The notes under the pieces: generated by a model
Told to the model about the DNA's origin: nothing
The model's input: only the letters and a program-made list of their open reading frames with translations
The model's database searches: none
Program-made: the position numbers and the translations under genes
DNA from: Raillietiella orientalis
Taxonomy: Eukaryota
NCBI GenBank assembly: GCA_036172245.1
Contig: JAYWIR010000007.1
Location: 3,472,001 to 3,536,000 of the forward strand
DNA: 64,000 nt
Direction: 5' to 3'
Shown here: one piece after another, positions 24,731 to 37,199 of the stretch
Position numbering within the stretch: position 1 is the first letter of the stretch
Layout of the letters: each line of letters begins with the position of its first letter

Positions 24731-27533
24731 AACGAGTGCTCCTGCCGCTTTTTCTTCCTTGCTGCCTTTGTTTTCGGTGCCCTGCCTCGCTGCAAAATGG
24801 CAGTTCTCATGGTATGCCGAGACCCATCAATTTTCAGACCAATGCTCCATAGCATCGATCAGGAAATTGCTCGGAATGCATCTGATAAAAACGCAACTGT
24901 GTGGTGATTCGTAGAGATGCAACGAGGTTTCTGGTGGCTTCATGTACATAAATGAAAGTGAACGAATGCACCGGTGCGGTGTGTATACACACATGTGTGT
25001 ATGTGTGTGTGTGCATATCACGTACATCACGTAGCATGAAATATCGTTAAGAGATCAGTGGTGTCGAACGTTGGAATAGTGGGTTTGAACAGGCCGCCAA
25101 GGGGCCACTCAGCAGCTTGCTTGCCTTTTGATTGCCAGAGCGACAGGATTAACCTGATGGGGCTCTTCTGGTTGCGTTAGGCAACAGAAAAAGACGCGGT
25201 TCCCATTTCACGTTTGTCAGATCGGTCGCATGGATCCATGGAGAGTCCATGACGAAAGACGAACCTTTGCGAATGAAGGTTGCTTCTTGCGCGTACGGCA
25301 AGATGTAAACACAGACGCCGCGGACGCATATCTGTGGGTAGAGCTTTTGAGCCGCTCTTCGCAACCTGCTGCCCCACATAATTAGGGAGCCCCCCCTTTG
25401 TTCTTCCCATGTGGTAGTTGAGTTAATGATGGCGCCGCTAAAGGAGAATGTGGGAGGGCTGAATGAGAGCAGGAAACGCACATCGACGCCTCTTGCTCCG
25501 GGGTGTTTTGACATGGACATTCTATTTCAGGCTCTGTTGGATGCATATGACGCCGTCGTAAAAGGAAAGCACTCTTTCGTTCGATCCGCCGGCGCAGCAG
25601 TAGACAGCTTCGACGTCGAAAATATGCCTGAAGAGCGATCACGTGTGATACGCCTACAGAAAAATCCCAACGAAAGCCTGGTGAGGAACACTTTCTTGTG
25701 ATCTGCTCGCAAAGGTGTGCCTGCCCGAGAGCATATCGGGCCTTGATCAGGCTTACAAACTCGAGGTTCTTGCGCTCAGGCTTCCCGACGCGCCTCCTCA
25801 ATCCCCCCGACTAACATGGGACCTTGGGTTTCAGGGAATCACCGTGCAAGTCGAGAATGACCAGCTGACCGTGGCGCGCATCCTGGATGGCGGTCTGGTG
25901 GACAGGTGCAAGATCTTGCGAATCGGGGACAAGATAAAGGAAATCAACCAAGCTCCCGTGCGTTCCGTTGAGGAGATGATCGAGAAGATCAAGGCCTCAG
26001 GCACCGAACTGTTCCTGACCGTGACCACACCCTCCCAGTCCCTCCAGGAGGATACGATCGACAGCCAGGCATCCTCCGTCCAGTCGTCTTGCCCAGTAGT
26101 GAGTCCATCCAGCTCTCGCGCCTGTTCTCTCCCGCCTCGTTGGCTCTCACCTCCCAGGTTTACATGCGCGTCCTGTTTTCTTACGACCCCACCGAGGACT
26201 CGCTGCTGCCTTGCCCCGACATCGGGTTGTCTTTCTCTCAAGGAGACGTCTTGGAAGTCGTCGACAGGAAAGACCCCAACTGGTGGCAGGCCCGCCGCGT
26301 CGGCAGTCGGGGACCAGCCCGTCTCATACCTTCCCAAGAGCTAGAGGAGAGGCGCAAAGCGTTTGTGCCGCCCGAGCACGACTACGTTCACAAGACAGGC
26401 ATGTGCGGCACGAAGGTGAATGGGCGAGGGAAAAATCAGGAAGAAAGGGGAAGATCGAGAATAGGCAGACGCTGATATCCGTGTTATCTTTGCGTCCCCA
26501 GATAAGTAAGAAGAAGGTCAAAAGTATGTACCGGTCAAAGAACAACAGCGATTTCGACAAGGCAGAGCTCATCCTATATGAAGAGGTGGTTCGCAGTCCA
26601 CCCTTCCACCGGAAGACCTTGGTCCTCGTCGGTGCTCCTCGGGTGGGCAGGCGCACACTAAAGCAGCGCCTGCTTTCCTACGATCCGGAACGGTTTGCCA
26701 CCATCTTGCCTCGTAAGTTCCTTGTCGTTGTTGTTGTGTTTGTTCTTTTCCTTCTTTGTTTGTTGTTGTCGCCTCTGCTGCTGCCGCTTCCATTAGTCAA
26801 CTTTGTGTTGTAGGCACGTCTCGTCCTCCTAGGGAGAACGAGCAGAACGGTCAGACATACCACTTCGTCACGCGAGAGAGCATGGAGCACGACATCCATG
26901 CCCACCTGTTCCTTGAATGGGGGGAGCACGGGGACCACCTATATGGACTGCACACGAACGACGTGCACGAGATCATTCGTTCGGGGCGCATGTGCGTTCT
27001 GGACGTGGCACCCGGCGCGTTGAAGGCGTTGCACGGGTCCGCCGACCTGCTGCCATACGTCGTCTTCATCGCTTCGCCCAGCATCGAGCAGTTGCGCTTC
27101 ATGAACGACTACGGCCGCGTCATGGGGCTGGCCTCCAGCCAGCGCACCCTCACGGTACTGTTGACCCGCCGCGCTTCTTCGGGCAGCAACTTTTCCATCC
27201 ATTCCCCCAGCTTGATAGGAGCTTCCGCTACAGTTCTCGCCGCGCGCGCACTCTGCAGTCTCTGGCCTCTTTCTACGAGGTACGTGACCCCGACTGACCC
27301 TACCCCCCTCTTTCCTCTGAGAATCCCTCACCAACTTGCCCAACCACTCTACTCAGGAAGAAGACATCCTTGCCACCATCGAAGAAAGCGCCCGCATTCA
27401 GAGGACATACGAGAAGTACTTCGACTTGGAACTGGTCAACGAGGATTTCGAGATGACCTTCCAGAAGCTGGTCGGCACCATCGAGTCCCTAAGCCAGGAA
27501 TCGACTTGGATCCCGGTTCAGTGGATCTACTGA
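18612..27533 (+). CDS. vari: MAGUK p55 subfamily protein (Varicose/PALS2/MPP6-like): L27-L27-PDZ-SH3-HOOK-GK. Exons 18612-18733, 24245-24403, 25531-25680, 25835-26098, 26158-26415, 26502-26712, 26814-27154, 27211-27279, 27357-27533; 5' start unresolved
   Basis: L27 'HEDLLFLKNVM' and 'ALLDAYDAV', PDZ 'GITVQVENDQLTVARILDGG', SH3 'YMRVLFSYDP...DPNWWQA', GK 'TSRPPRENE...YHFV', Vari-like 'RYSSRRARTLQSLASFYE', C-terminus 'WIPVQWIY*'. All introns are GT-AG and phase-compatible. Confidence 0.93.
18880..22400 (-). mobile_element. Decayed L1/Tx1-type element, antisense inside a vari intron
   Basis: GC-rich block with 'TSLAGRV' (LSLxGR post-RT motif), degenerate RT pieces and a knuckle-like 'CGGMQHSSTCCWHFRH' near 22250. 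Boundaries approximate; may extend to about 23550. Confidence 0.55.
24696..24729 (+). repeat. Poly(A)34 tract in a vari intron
   Basis: Read directly from the sequence. Confidence 0.9.
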
Positions 27534-27764
27534 TTCCATGGCAGTCCGGAGCTTGGGGATGCTCCAGAAACCCTAGCTTGCCCAACTTGTGACCCGGAAC
27601 ACCTCGTTCCCGATGACGCAGGTTTCATGTCCCACCGAACATGCCCACGTGTGTGTTCAGACTTGTGTATACCTCTACTCCGTCCATGTACGAAAGACTG
27701 TGTACAAAGTGCTAATTTATTCGACTACTCACCGGTTCTATTTTTAGACGAGGTGACTTAGGCG

Positions 27765-30570
27765 AGCCGGGGTGGAAAAAAGTGTACCTTCCTACCTGTC
27801 TCTTTTTCTATTCTCTCCCCGGCCTTCCGCGCAGACTCGTCACCATCCGCTTTCTGGAACTCCGTAAATCCAGGAGATTCAATAAAACGAAATACAAAAC
27901 AGGAATACTGGTCGCGGTTCTCCCCAGCTATGGGTGTCAAGGGGACTTTGACTTAGGCGGATATCCCCGAACGAGGATGCAAGTACAGTGGTGTCGTTTG
28001 TTGCCCAAGGCGCACTTGGATTCGAAACGTCCTCGAAATGCCGTTCATTCCCCTCCCTCTCCCCGCTCCCCCTCTCTCGAGAAGAAGCGAGAGGGAGCAT
28101 CTCCACCGTGTCGTGTGACCTGAACAGCGCACCTCGAAGAATGCCAAGGATCTATCTGTTACTCCAGCTTCACCAAAGGTTCACCAAGCAGTCGGTCTTC
28201 TTCCTGGTAGTCTTCGCGAGTCGGACATATTCTTCCACAGTTGTCCAAATAGAAAAAAAAGTATTTGAATTACAGGATCTCCACATGGAACGTTCGATCT
28301 TTGTAGACATCCCCCTTCCTCCCTCTGCACTCTGAGCAGCCACATCTCACCGCATATTTCGTGCGGACTGCCATCTGTGAGAGGAAAGAGGTGGTAACAG
28401 AGTTCCATGGTCCTGCGTGAGGCCCTGCCTCCGAGTTCAATAGCATGCTCTCCAGGAGGCATCCTCCCTGAAACCCCTTCGGGAGTCCCTCCTCCCGGGT
28501 GTTGGGGAGCCTGCAAGTGCCAGTTCCTCCTAGCATGGCGGGAAGGTGATCGCGACGATCTCTGGGATCACGTCGTTTCCCTTGTCGTACCCCGTCCATG
28601 CTGCATTCCGCCGTCCCACCCCTCCCCATCTCTCGTGCGCCCCCATGTGGACCTTCGCCCGGACCTATCCCTCTCGAGTGAGCTAGTGCGTCGTCCTTGT
28701 GTGCAGTGCACCTCAGTTTCCTTCCCAGAGAAAAACATCTCCCGTGAGAGCTAAGGACTCCACGGGCACGCGGGAGGAGGGAAGTATACTCCTAGAGAAA
28801 AGCGTGGATCAGTTTCCTCCGTGTCTGAGGGAGGACGCTTTCGACTCATCACCCCGCACTTCGGTGAATGGGTCATTTGTGATTCCCAAGAAGAATATGG
28901 CTCCCGGGAAATCCATCCTGGTTGCTGCAAACGGTCTGCTGCGAACATCCAGGAATGTCTGTCGCTCCATCTCCCGGACCGATCAAAAAGAGCTTTCGCG
29001 CAGCATCAGCATTAGCTGCTAGTGATGTTCCCATTCCTCTCAAGTGCGGCAAAGCTTACCGTAGCCATTCACTGAAGGCGAACGAGCGCTCATGCAGAAA
29101 GAATTCTTCTGGATGAGCGTCAGTTCCATCCTTGAAGATCCAGAGGTCGGCTGCTTCCGCGGTCAGTTCCATCCTTGAAGATGTCCCCCACTCCTAACCC
29201 TTGTCTCCCTCTCCCCCCACCCCAAACTGATGCTGTGCCATTTGGAGAAGCGGTCATCCCGGAAACTTCCTACACTTGCAGGAAAAACCTGAAAATATCA
29301 GAAAATACAGGAATCCAGAAACCTATACTTCTTCCCTGATCTGAATCTTCCCTGATGACTTTGTTCTCCGCTGACGCCGCCTCTAGCACTTCGTTCAACA
29401 TGCGCACTGGGGGACAAGGCGCGTTTGGACCATCGTTTTCCGGAGCTAATCGGAGTAGGGTATAAAAGCTCCTCGCCAGTCGCCGCTGGGCCGAAAGCCA
29501 TCCTTCATTCATGGGATTTCCCGAGAGCGAGAAGGCAAAGCAGCAAGAATATCTTATTGCAGCCCGCTCCTTTCACTTTTCATCCCCTACTCCCAACACT
29601 TCGCAAACTTGGGCCGATCCTCTGAAAGTCGATTTTTTCCCCACCCAGTTTTGCCTGCCTTGCCTTCTGTGGGCGCTCGCGAGAAGTCCTGAACCGATCC
29701 ACGAATGGGGATTCTATTGGATCGGCACCGAGATCCCGCGCGCAAAATCAAGAGGCTAGGGACACCAGGACGCCTCAGAGCAGTCGCAGATCGGTAGGGC
29801 CAGCTACTCACCAGGTCCAGCACTCAGGTATCCCGAAGCATCACGACTGGGGGGGTGGCAGACCCATTCTGGAATAAGCTGACCTTGCCCTCCATGGGCG
29901 ACCTCTCCTTTTGAGCGTAGAGGGAAGTTACCTCTGTTCTTCCATGATCACTTTGGTCTTCAGCATCTGTGCGGCTTCCTTCTAGGCACAATTGCATTAC
30001 CAGTTCATCAGACTGCTTGGGGCGGGCCTTCCATAAGCGAATGACCAACACAAGCTTTCCTTCGCCTCTTGTGACCCTGGTGAGGTGCTTGCGACCGAAG
30101 ATTCACATGCTTCCAGTTGTAGGTTCGTCCATTTCTCCTTTTTTTTTCGAAGCTTCCCAAGAGCAGTCCTTCTTCCTTATCAAGCTCTTTTGAAGCAGGG
30201 TCACCTATTTGTGCCGTCTTCAGAGGGGAAATCACTCTTCTCCAGAACGCCAAACTCTCAGCAACTCCTCACGCCGATGACGTTCAGACCGATTTATGCT
30301 CCCGCGCTCGAGCGTATCCGGAGAGTTGCGTGGGTCGTGTCCTCTTCCCTGATGGCCCTAACGAGCACACAGCCACAAAATTATCGTCTTCTGAATCTGT
30401 GAAGTGCGTCCCTGAAAGACCATTCTGCGAACGAAGACGATATGGAGACTCCATTGCGACCAGAGTTTCAGCGGCAGAGTAAGTCTCCCTCGGAGTGGAC
30501 ATTCACGTCCTCGTCAAGCGGTTGAGGAAGAGTGGCCACCTCGGCATTCAGGGCACCTGGAAGGGATTGT
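27765..30570 (-). mobile_element. Decayed L1/Tx1-type ORF2 (RT to zf-RVT) with 3' UTR
   Basis: 'LCYHLFPL...CLQRSNVPCGDPVIQILFF...LWK' (zf-RVT-like). 3' end reads TTTTTTCCACCCCGGC, like the family motif. Abrupt switch to AT-rich DNA at about 30570. Confidence 0.55.
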
Positions 30571-32887
30571 CCTTAAGTTTCATTAGTTTGCCTCCGAATG
30601 CAGGGCAAAAGAAAGGTTTTCCGGTAAAGCCTCATAAAGAAAAGTTGAAAAGCATATAATACAGAGTACATAGTTTATAAGTTACGAGAAGTAACAGTTG
30701 ATATCCCATCTTGGCATTGCATTGAGGAGCTTAAAGATTTCTCTCGATAGCAACAACAGTCTCATATTGTTGCTGTTGCACATAGCTTCTGAGCGTTCTT
30801 CCCAATGCACTTCATTTGTACATGGAATGAATAGTAAGCTACGTCTGTAAACCACCATGCATTGGAACTAATTGTTCGTGATAGCTACATGGATGATGGT
30901 AGTCACAGTGCAGAGAGATCCAGAGAATCATTAAATGTCCACCACTACCCAACTGTACAGCTTGCACGCCAAGGAAAGAAAACCCTCAGCATCCACTTTC
31001 AAGCTGTGGAGTGTGGCTTTTCTGAGGGTATGGAAGCTGGAATTAACTCATGCCTAGAACACTTTAAAAGTATCATCAACCACAGTGATCTGTGGATCAC
31101 CACATTGAGGGTTTATCGGTTATACATGCTGAGTTCCCTCATGTATATTCGGATGACCTTACAAGGATTCCCATGCTTGCAAAGTTTTCATTCGTTTAAA
31201 AGTAATGCTTTGCACAATAATTTTTTTGCTAATTACTTTAATGCACCTTATTATAATAAAATTTCATTGCAGTTAAATAGAAAATCTTCTCAGTATGTTT
31301 TCAGAAATCCTTGAGTTTATTAAATTCCAGTTTCAGAAGGGAAGTGAAAACATTTCGGAATCTGAAATCGTAATATATATATATATGAGAAAACGACAAA
31401 AGCATGAATAAGCCTTAACGTGCATTCTTTTCCTTGAGTTTCTCGTTCATTTTCCTTATAGTTCAAAGAAATAAGCTCTGAAGTTTCAGTGCAAAAAAAT
31501 TGGGACAATCGTCAATCTAAACCATAGATAAAATGAAAATTGAGAAGAAATTGATAAAACCACATAAAATGAAATTCATTACGTAGGGAAAACCCAGGCC
31601 ACAGCCATTAGCAGCAAAGGCATCAACGTTTCACATTGATGACTGTGTATAATATAATTGATACTTGTGATCAAACAAATCATACCAATGGTCTACACTC
31701 TGAGCAACAAAAGTGATATAACATAAATCACCATAAATGTCCCACGGCTATAATATTTAGAAAGAGCCCTCTTGATTGGAATAAGCTTTAAGGCACACCA
31801 TCGAGCTTTTTAATTAAAATTAAAAGTTCTATAAACAGACTGCCAGCGTAAAATAAGCAACACTTAATTGCAGAGAGATAATTTTTTCATTTGGTTTATT
31901 ATGTGACACCAACAAATACGTGATGCCTAACGAATATTATCGTTCTACATAGTAGATAAATATCAAGGGTGGAAAAAGTGGCATGAAAAAAATCGGTGGA
32001 TATGAGCTTACAGAGATGGGTGAATGTGAATACGAGATTATTAGCGTAGTTTTCCGGTATGGGTTTTTATTACCTTGTTGGTATTGATGCAGTTTGTGCA
32101 TATGTACTCTTGTACTATTAATACATTTGTATAGAATGCTGTTTTTCTAGAACACAAATGCACCGATTTGCAAGATCGAACTCGGGACAGTTATAAAGTA
32201 ATTCCATATGTCTGCATGATTCCATATGCATGAATGTCCACGTAATCTTTGTTAATTGCTCATAATTATTTGCTAGAGTACAAAAAAACATGACGCATAC
32301 AAATTTTCGATACAATGGTAGGTTTAATTACTTCATGTATGAGGTACCGTATGAGGACTTCTGCATTGTGTGCGTTTAACTCGAACTCTAATTGAGAGAC
32401 ACATTTTCTCAGATTTAAGTATTTAACAGCCTTTTATCTCAGCAATCTTTCCATTACTCCTTGCGTAAATCCAGTTGCCATCGATAGTCATTTTGAGAAC
32501 TGTATTTCAGGAATATCTTCATTGCATGTAATTTAACCAAGCGTAAGAGTGATTTGAATAGCCTGAAGCCAGTGGGTAGGTACATTTTTGTGTTAACTCA
32601 TAGATCTTATTGAGAAATTACTAGTATGCATTTTATGATTTTAATATTTGTTTTAATTCATGTAAAAATTTAAATTGCAAAATATATCCAGAAACCGATA
32701 TTCATCAATTGGTTCCAAACAGTAAAATGTTTTAATCTCACATTTATCTTCATACTGGGTGAAGTAAAGACAAACCAGTTTTGAATTTTTAATTATTCAT
32801 TTTATAGTACTTAGGGTAAGTAGTTTCTTGAAAGTTGTTAGAGTATCTTATGCTTGTTTGCAGACAATTGCTGTTCAATATTTAGTA

Positions 32888-32918
32888 TAATATATATATA
32901 TACACATATATATATATA
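32888..32918. repeat. Interrupted (TA)n microsatellite just upstream of the Rab5 ATG
   Basis: Read directly from the sequence. Confidence 0.85.
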
Positions 32919-32933
32919 CCATCTCTTTGATTC

Positions 32934-34492
32934 ATGGCTGGGAGAGGTGCAACCCAACGACCTAACAATGCTAGTCAGAGTAAAATTTGCCAGTTTAAAT
33001 TAGTTCTTTTGGGAGAATCTGCTGTAGGAAAATCGTCCCTAGTATTAAGATTTGTGAAAGGACAGTTTCATGAATTTCAAGAAAGCACAATAGGAGGTAA
33101 GTGTTAGGCAAATACACAATTTACACAATTCATGCGGTGGCAAGTCATAAATTCATATTTGAGAAACGAAACAGGTGTTGCATTTTATAAGAGGATTTTA
33201 TAAGAATGAAATGGAACTATAATGCATGTATGTCATTGTTATATTAACAAGTTAAATCATTTAAGTGTTCTTTCATGCAAATTTAAATTGGGAATTTCTT
33301 TCTCTTTTTTCTGTTGAAGCATAATGAGCTGTTGAACTGTATAGATAAGTTTGCAAAGTACAACATTTGCATACCTAGATAATATTGCCAAGGCAGTACT
33401 GTAACAGGTTAGCTTCTTTATGCTGTTAGAGTTTGTAGATTTTCGGGGGATGCTTACTTTACAAATTTGCATATGTGCTTGTCTGTTGTTCACAGGTGTA
33501 GTAACCCATAGACCTTTATTGATAAGGATAGGGTACACATACTAATATATTTCTGAACACAATTTTCAACTGAAGTCATCAGCATTATTTGTGCACATCC
33601 TTGCCTTTTTTTTATTTATCTTTGCATTTGAGTTAATTCTTGCACTAATCAGATGGCTTTCTGCTCATTACTTTTTGAAGCATATGGTTTTATATGCACT
33701 TATGAGTACAAATTAGTTGACTGTGGTTAAAAAGAATGAAAAACATGTACGCTTTTTAGTGTAAACAAACCATTAATTCAGATTTTCTGATATTAGCTGC
33801 CTTTTTAACGCAAACAGTTTGTCTTGATGATACTACAGTAAAATTTGAGATATGGGATACTGCGGGACAGGAAAGATATCATAGTCTGGCCCCTATGTAT
33901 TATCGTGGTGCCCAAGCTGCTATCGTTGTTTATGATATATCCAATCAGGTTTGGATGACATAACTGGAGATTTTAAGGGTAACCGTGAATTCAGGAGAGT
34001 TTTTTAAGAGCCAAAAATTGGGTAAAAGAATTGCAGCGACAAGCTTCTCCCAACATTGTCATAGCACTGGCTGGGAACAAATCAGATCTTTCCAATAAGA
34101 GAGTTATTGATGAGGAGGAAGCTCAGGGGTATGCGGAAGAAAATGCCCTTCTGTTTATGGAAACCTCAGCCAAAACTGCAATGAACGTCAGTGAAATTTT
34201 TCTTGCTATAGGTGAGAATTTCAGTTATACCAACATAAATTTCAGTTATTCCAACATAAATCCCATGTTTCATGTGATTTATGTTGAAATATTTATTGTT
34301 TAATATGTTGAAGATTGTGTAGCTGTTGTCCCAAAGAGATGGTCTGTAAGTTGTAACTGTGGTTTACCATTGCTTTTAGCCAAGAAGCTACCAAAAACTG
34401 ATCCTAATGTTGTTGGAGGCAATAGCAACCAAGCTCGACGCTTAACAGATGTAGATAATTCATCTTCCTCATCAAGTAGCTGCTGCAAGTGA
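32934..34492 (+). CDS. Rab5: Ras-related protein Rab5. Exons 32934-33096, 33797-33948, 33995-34211, 34380-34492
   Basis: '[44 protein letters not shown]', '[23 protein letters not shown]', 'GNKSDL', 'ETSAK', C-terminal 'CCK*'. AATAAA at 34901. Confidence 0.98.
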
Positions 34493-36148
34493 TATTGTGA
34501 ATATGGTAGTTAGTTATATGGCATTTTTGAGCAAGAAAACTGTCAACATTTTTATGAATTTCTTTCTTAGATATGATCATGTTTCCATTTAGTATGCATA
34601 TTTTGCACTCTGATCAAGGGATATATCCAAAGATTATTTTTCTTTGAATATTGTTTGTTATTTCCTATCTCCAGCTGAAAATTTTCACATATATCATTTT
34701 TATTTTGTTGTTTCTCATACTTTCGGAAATTTAATTTTCAGAAACACTGTAAACACTAGCAGTCTTAGAATCTTTAGCTTTGGTTACATTGTGAAATGTA
34801 TTGAATGCTGGGTTTTAATTTTTAGATCTTGAAAATTCCTTTGTATATAAATCTTTAAATGTCTCAAATAAGTTTTTTAAATTTGTAACTATGAAAACTG
34901 AATAAAATGAACTGAAAATTTTCACCTTTTCTATGCACAATTTCTATCACTTCATTGAGTATCGATCTTGTCAATAAAAAAAAATAGATTACCAGAATCC
35001 GACTGCATTCGCGCTGCTAAACTTACTCTGCTGCCTGATGATGTAGCTGTAAAGGTAGAAATGTGTCGTTATTAACTTTGCATTGGCGTTTTGCATTACG
35101 TAGATTTCCAATTCTCTGATAGTAAACTTTGTTAGTCAGATCACTGGACGCCTACCTTGGCGTGGTTCTATGGTTTTTTTTCCCCACGTGCAGTACGTCC
35201 CTGTCACATTTTTCGCGTTCTCTTCATGGTGCAGCTTCTCGTTCTGTAAACTCTTGCATAGGTAATTGCTCGTCATTCTTACAAGGGGACCATACTGGAC
35301 CGCTTCTTTCCTTCGAAAACGAAACGAATTCTGAAAAGCCAAAGTATCGTGGAATAATTCACCGGCAGAAGAGACAAGCCACCTAGAAGAGTTGCCGTTT
35401 CCATGGGATCCGAACAAAATTGAGTCTACGAGGCGATTCAAGTGTTGGAGAGCAAAGGATTCGGTCGGATTCTAATGTGCAAGTAAAGAAGAATTTCCGG
35501 TGTGCCTGGCACCAGTTTCGTAAAGATCGGCTGCGGTTATTTGAGTCGTGGCTAGAGTGGTCCAGTTCATTTTTTCATCGTAACGAAAATGTAGTGCGCC
35601 TTGCTTCTGCTCGCGCTTAAATCGACGGAATCAATCTCCGTTCTGGAGTTATGTGTGGTTTATCGGGGGGATATCATCTTGCAACATGGAAACAGGACCT
35701 CGACGCAGGTTCCGATCGAACAGTCACCCGTGGTTTCATATGGGGCGCCGTTCGGGACGTTTCGCGGCTTCTAGGATTCCTTCTTAATGTCTTCATGTAC
35801 ATTAAAGAGCATTACACAGACAGGATCGATTTCCTTGAAGGCGATCCGTTTCTTCATGTCCTGAAACACTGGTACATTTGATCCAGACGAAGACCTTCCC
35901 GCGAGACAGAGGAATCCCGCGTGAGAGAGGAAGCACTGCGAGTAATATAAAAAAAAAAATACTGGCGATGGTCAGTTTGAGTCTTGCAACTCTGGAAGAG
36001 GCTTAGCTGTCGATGTCTTCATCGGTCTGCCAAAATTCGGATGTTCTGTCACTGCTACAGGTCTTGCGTTCGCTACTGGTGTGACGAGTTGACTCTATGC
36101 ACGACAGACGAACCCACGACAGACATTCGTCTGTCGTGGGTTCAGCGA

Positions 36149-36169
36149 TTATTATTATTATTATTATTA
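36149..36169. repeat. (ATT)7 microsatellite
   Basis: Read directly from the sequence. Confidence 0.9.
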
Positions 36170-36445
36170 CTTACAAGAAGGGAGCCACCTGTCTAACGTG
36201 TAGAGAGCAAGCACGACGGGGGCCGAGAATCAGAGCGTCCGACTACGAGGCGCCGTGGTGCAGCGCTTGTTGCAGCGCATCCGCGATTCCGGTTCCTTGG
36301 TGGACGGGGATGAAGTCTGATTCTTCTCCGTATCCTTCTCCATCCGCCCACTGTGTGCGTGGCTGGGGAATCCAATAGCCAAAACTACCTGCAGCTGGTA
36401 TAGACCGAGCAGAGAAGGACTCTCACCAGGGAAAACCGCAGCACA

Positions 36446-37018
36446 AACAAAGAGGAAGGGTCGAAGGGAGACATCCGCGCCGATGAAAGTACAGCGTAAT
36501 GCGGCGGAATCAACAGCGAGAGAGGGCTTGCGGAGACCGTGGTGCGCTCCCGTCATGGAAGGGGATGGACAACACATTTGCACCCTTGATGTGTAAGGAC
36601 AGTTGTCGGAAGTCGGTAGGGACCAGCTCTGTTTCATAACTAGGATAGGTTCCGTCGGCAGGTAGGTGGAAAGAATCCGTAGAGTGGCCTCTGTGAAGAC
36701 AACGAAGCACACATGAGTAATGACATCCGAATGGAAAACTGGAACCAAGAAGATGGAAGGGGAACTCTTGGCGGGGAAAATTGACTTTGCGAGCGAGTTT
36801 GGATCTTAGGGTTTGGAAGACTTCGCGACCCACGAGGTTCCACCCACTTCCGACAACTGTCCTTACACACGAAGGGCTCAGGTGTGTTCTCCTTCCCTTT
36901 CCATGATGAGAGAGTACCACTGTCTTCACAAGCCTTATCTCGCTGTTGATTCCGTCGCTCTAGGAAACGCTGTTCTTTCATCGGCGCGGATATCTCCCTT
37001 CAACCTTTCCCCTTTGTT
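36446..37018. repeat. Imperfect inverted repeat; arms 36446-36617 and 36842-37018 (about 175 bp each), spacer about 225 bp
   Basis: Arms share long blocks, e.g. TGTGTAAGGACAGTTGTCGGAAGT and ATCCGCGCCGATGAAAG. The ORF track shows PTSDNCPYT...LAVDS on both strands. Confidence 0.9.
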
Positions 37019-37199
37019 GCTTTCCAGTACAGAATTGCGGATTTCATTCAGGGCAGTACACGAACACCCCTCCTCCTCCTCTTACCTTGTTTTCCGACCT
37101 TGGAAGGAGCAGTGTGCATCGGCCCTCGCCTCGGCGCAGAGGGTATGCTTCACCCTTCTAGCCGCCACTCCTTAGTCCTCGCTCCTGGTGTTTTTTCTC

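Noticed and set aside
29119..29182. Repeat-spacer-repeat resembling CRISPR
   Set aside because: Only two copies, eukaryotic context and no cas genes; a local duplication.
34217..34261. 21-bp tandem duplication in a Rab5 intron
   Set aside because: Simple local slippage with no sign of function.
35030..35070. Hammerhead core CTGATGA...GAAA (also checked 23749 and minus 33560-33585)
   Set aside because: Stems II and III do not form convincingly.
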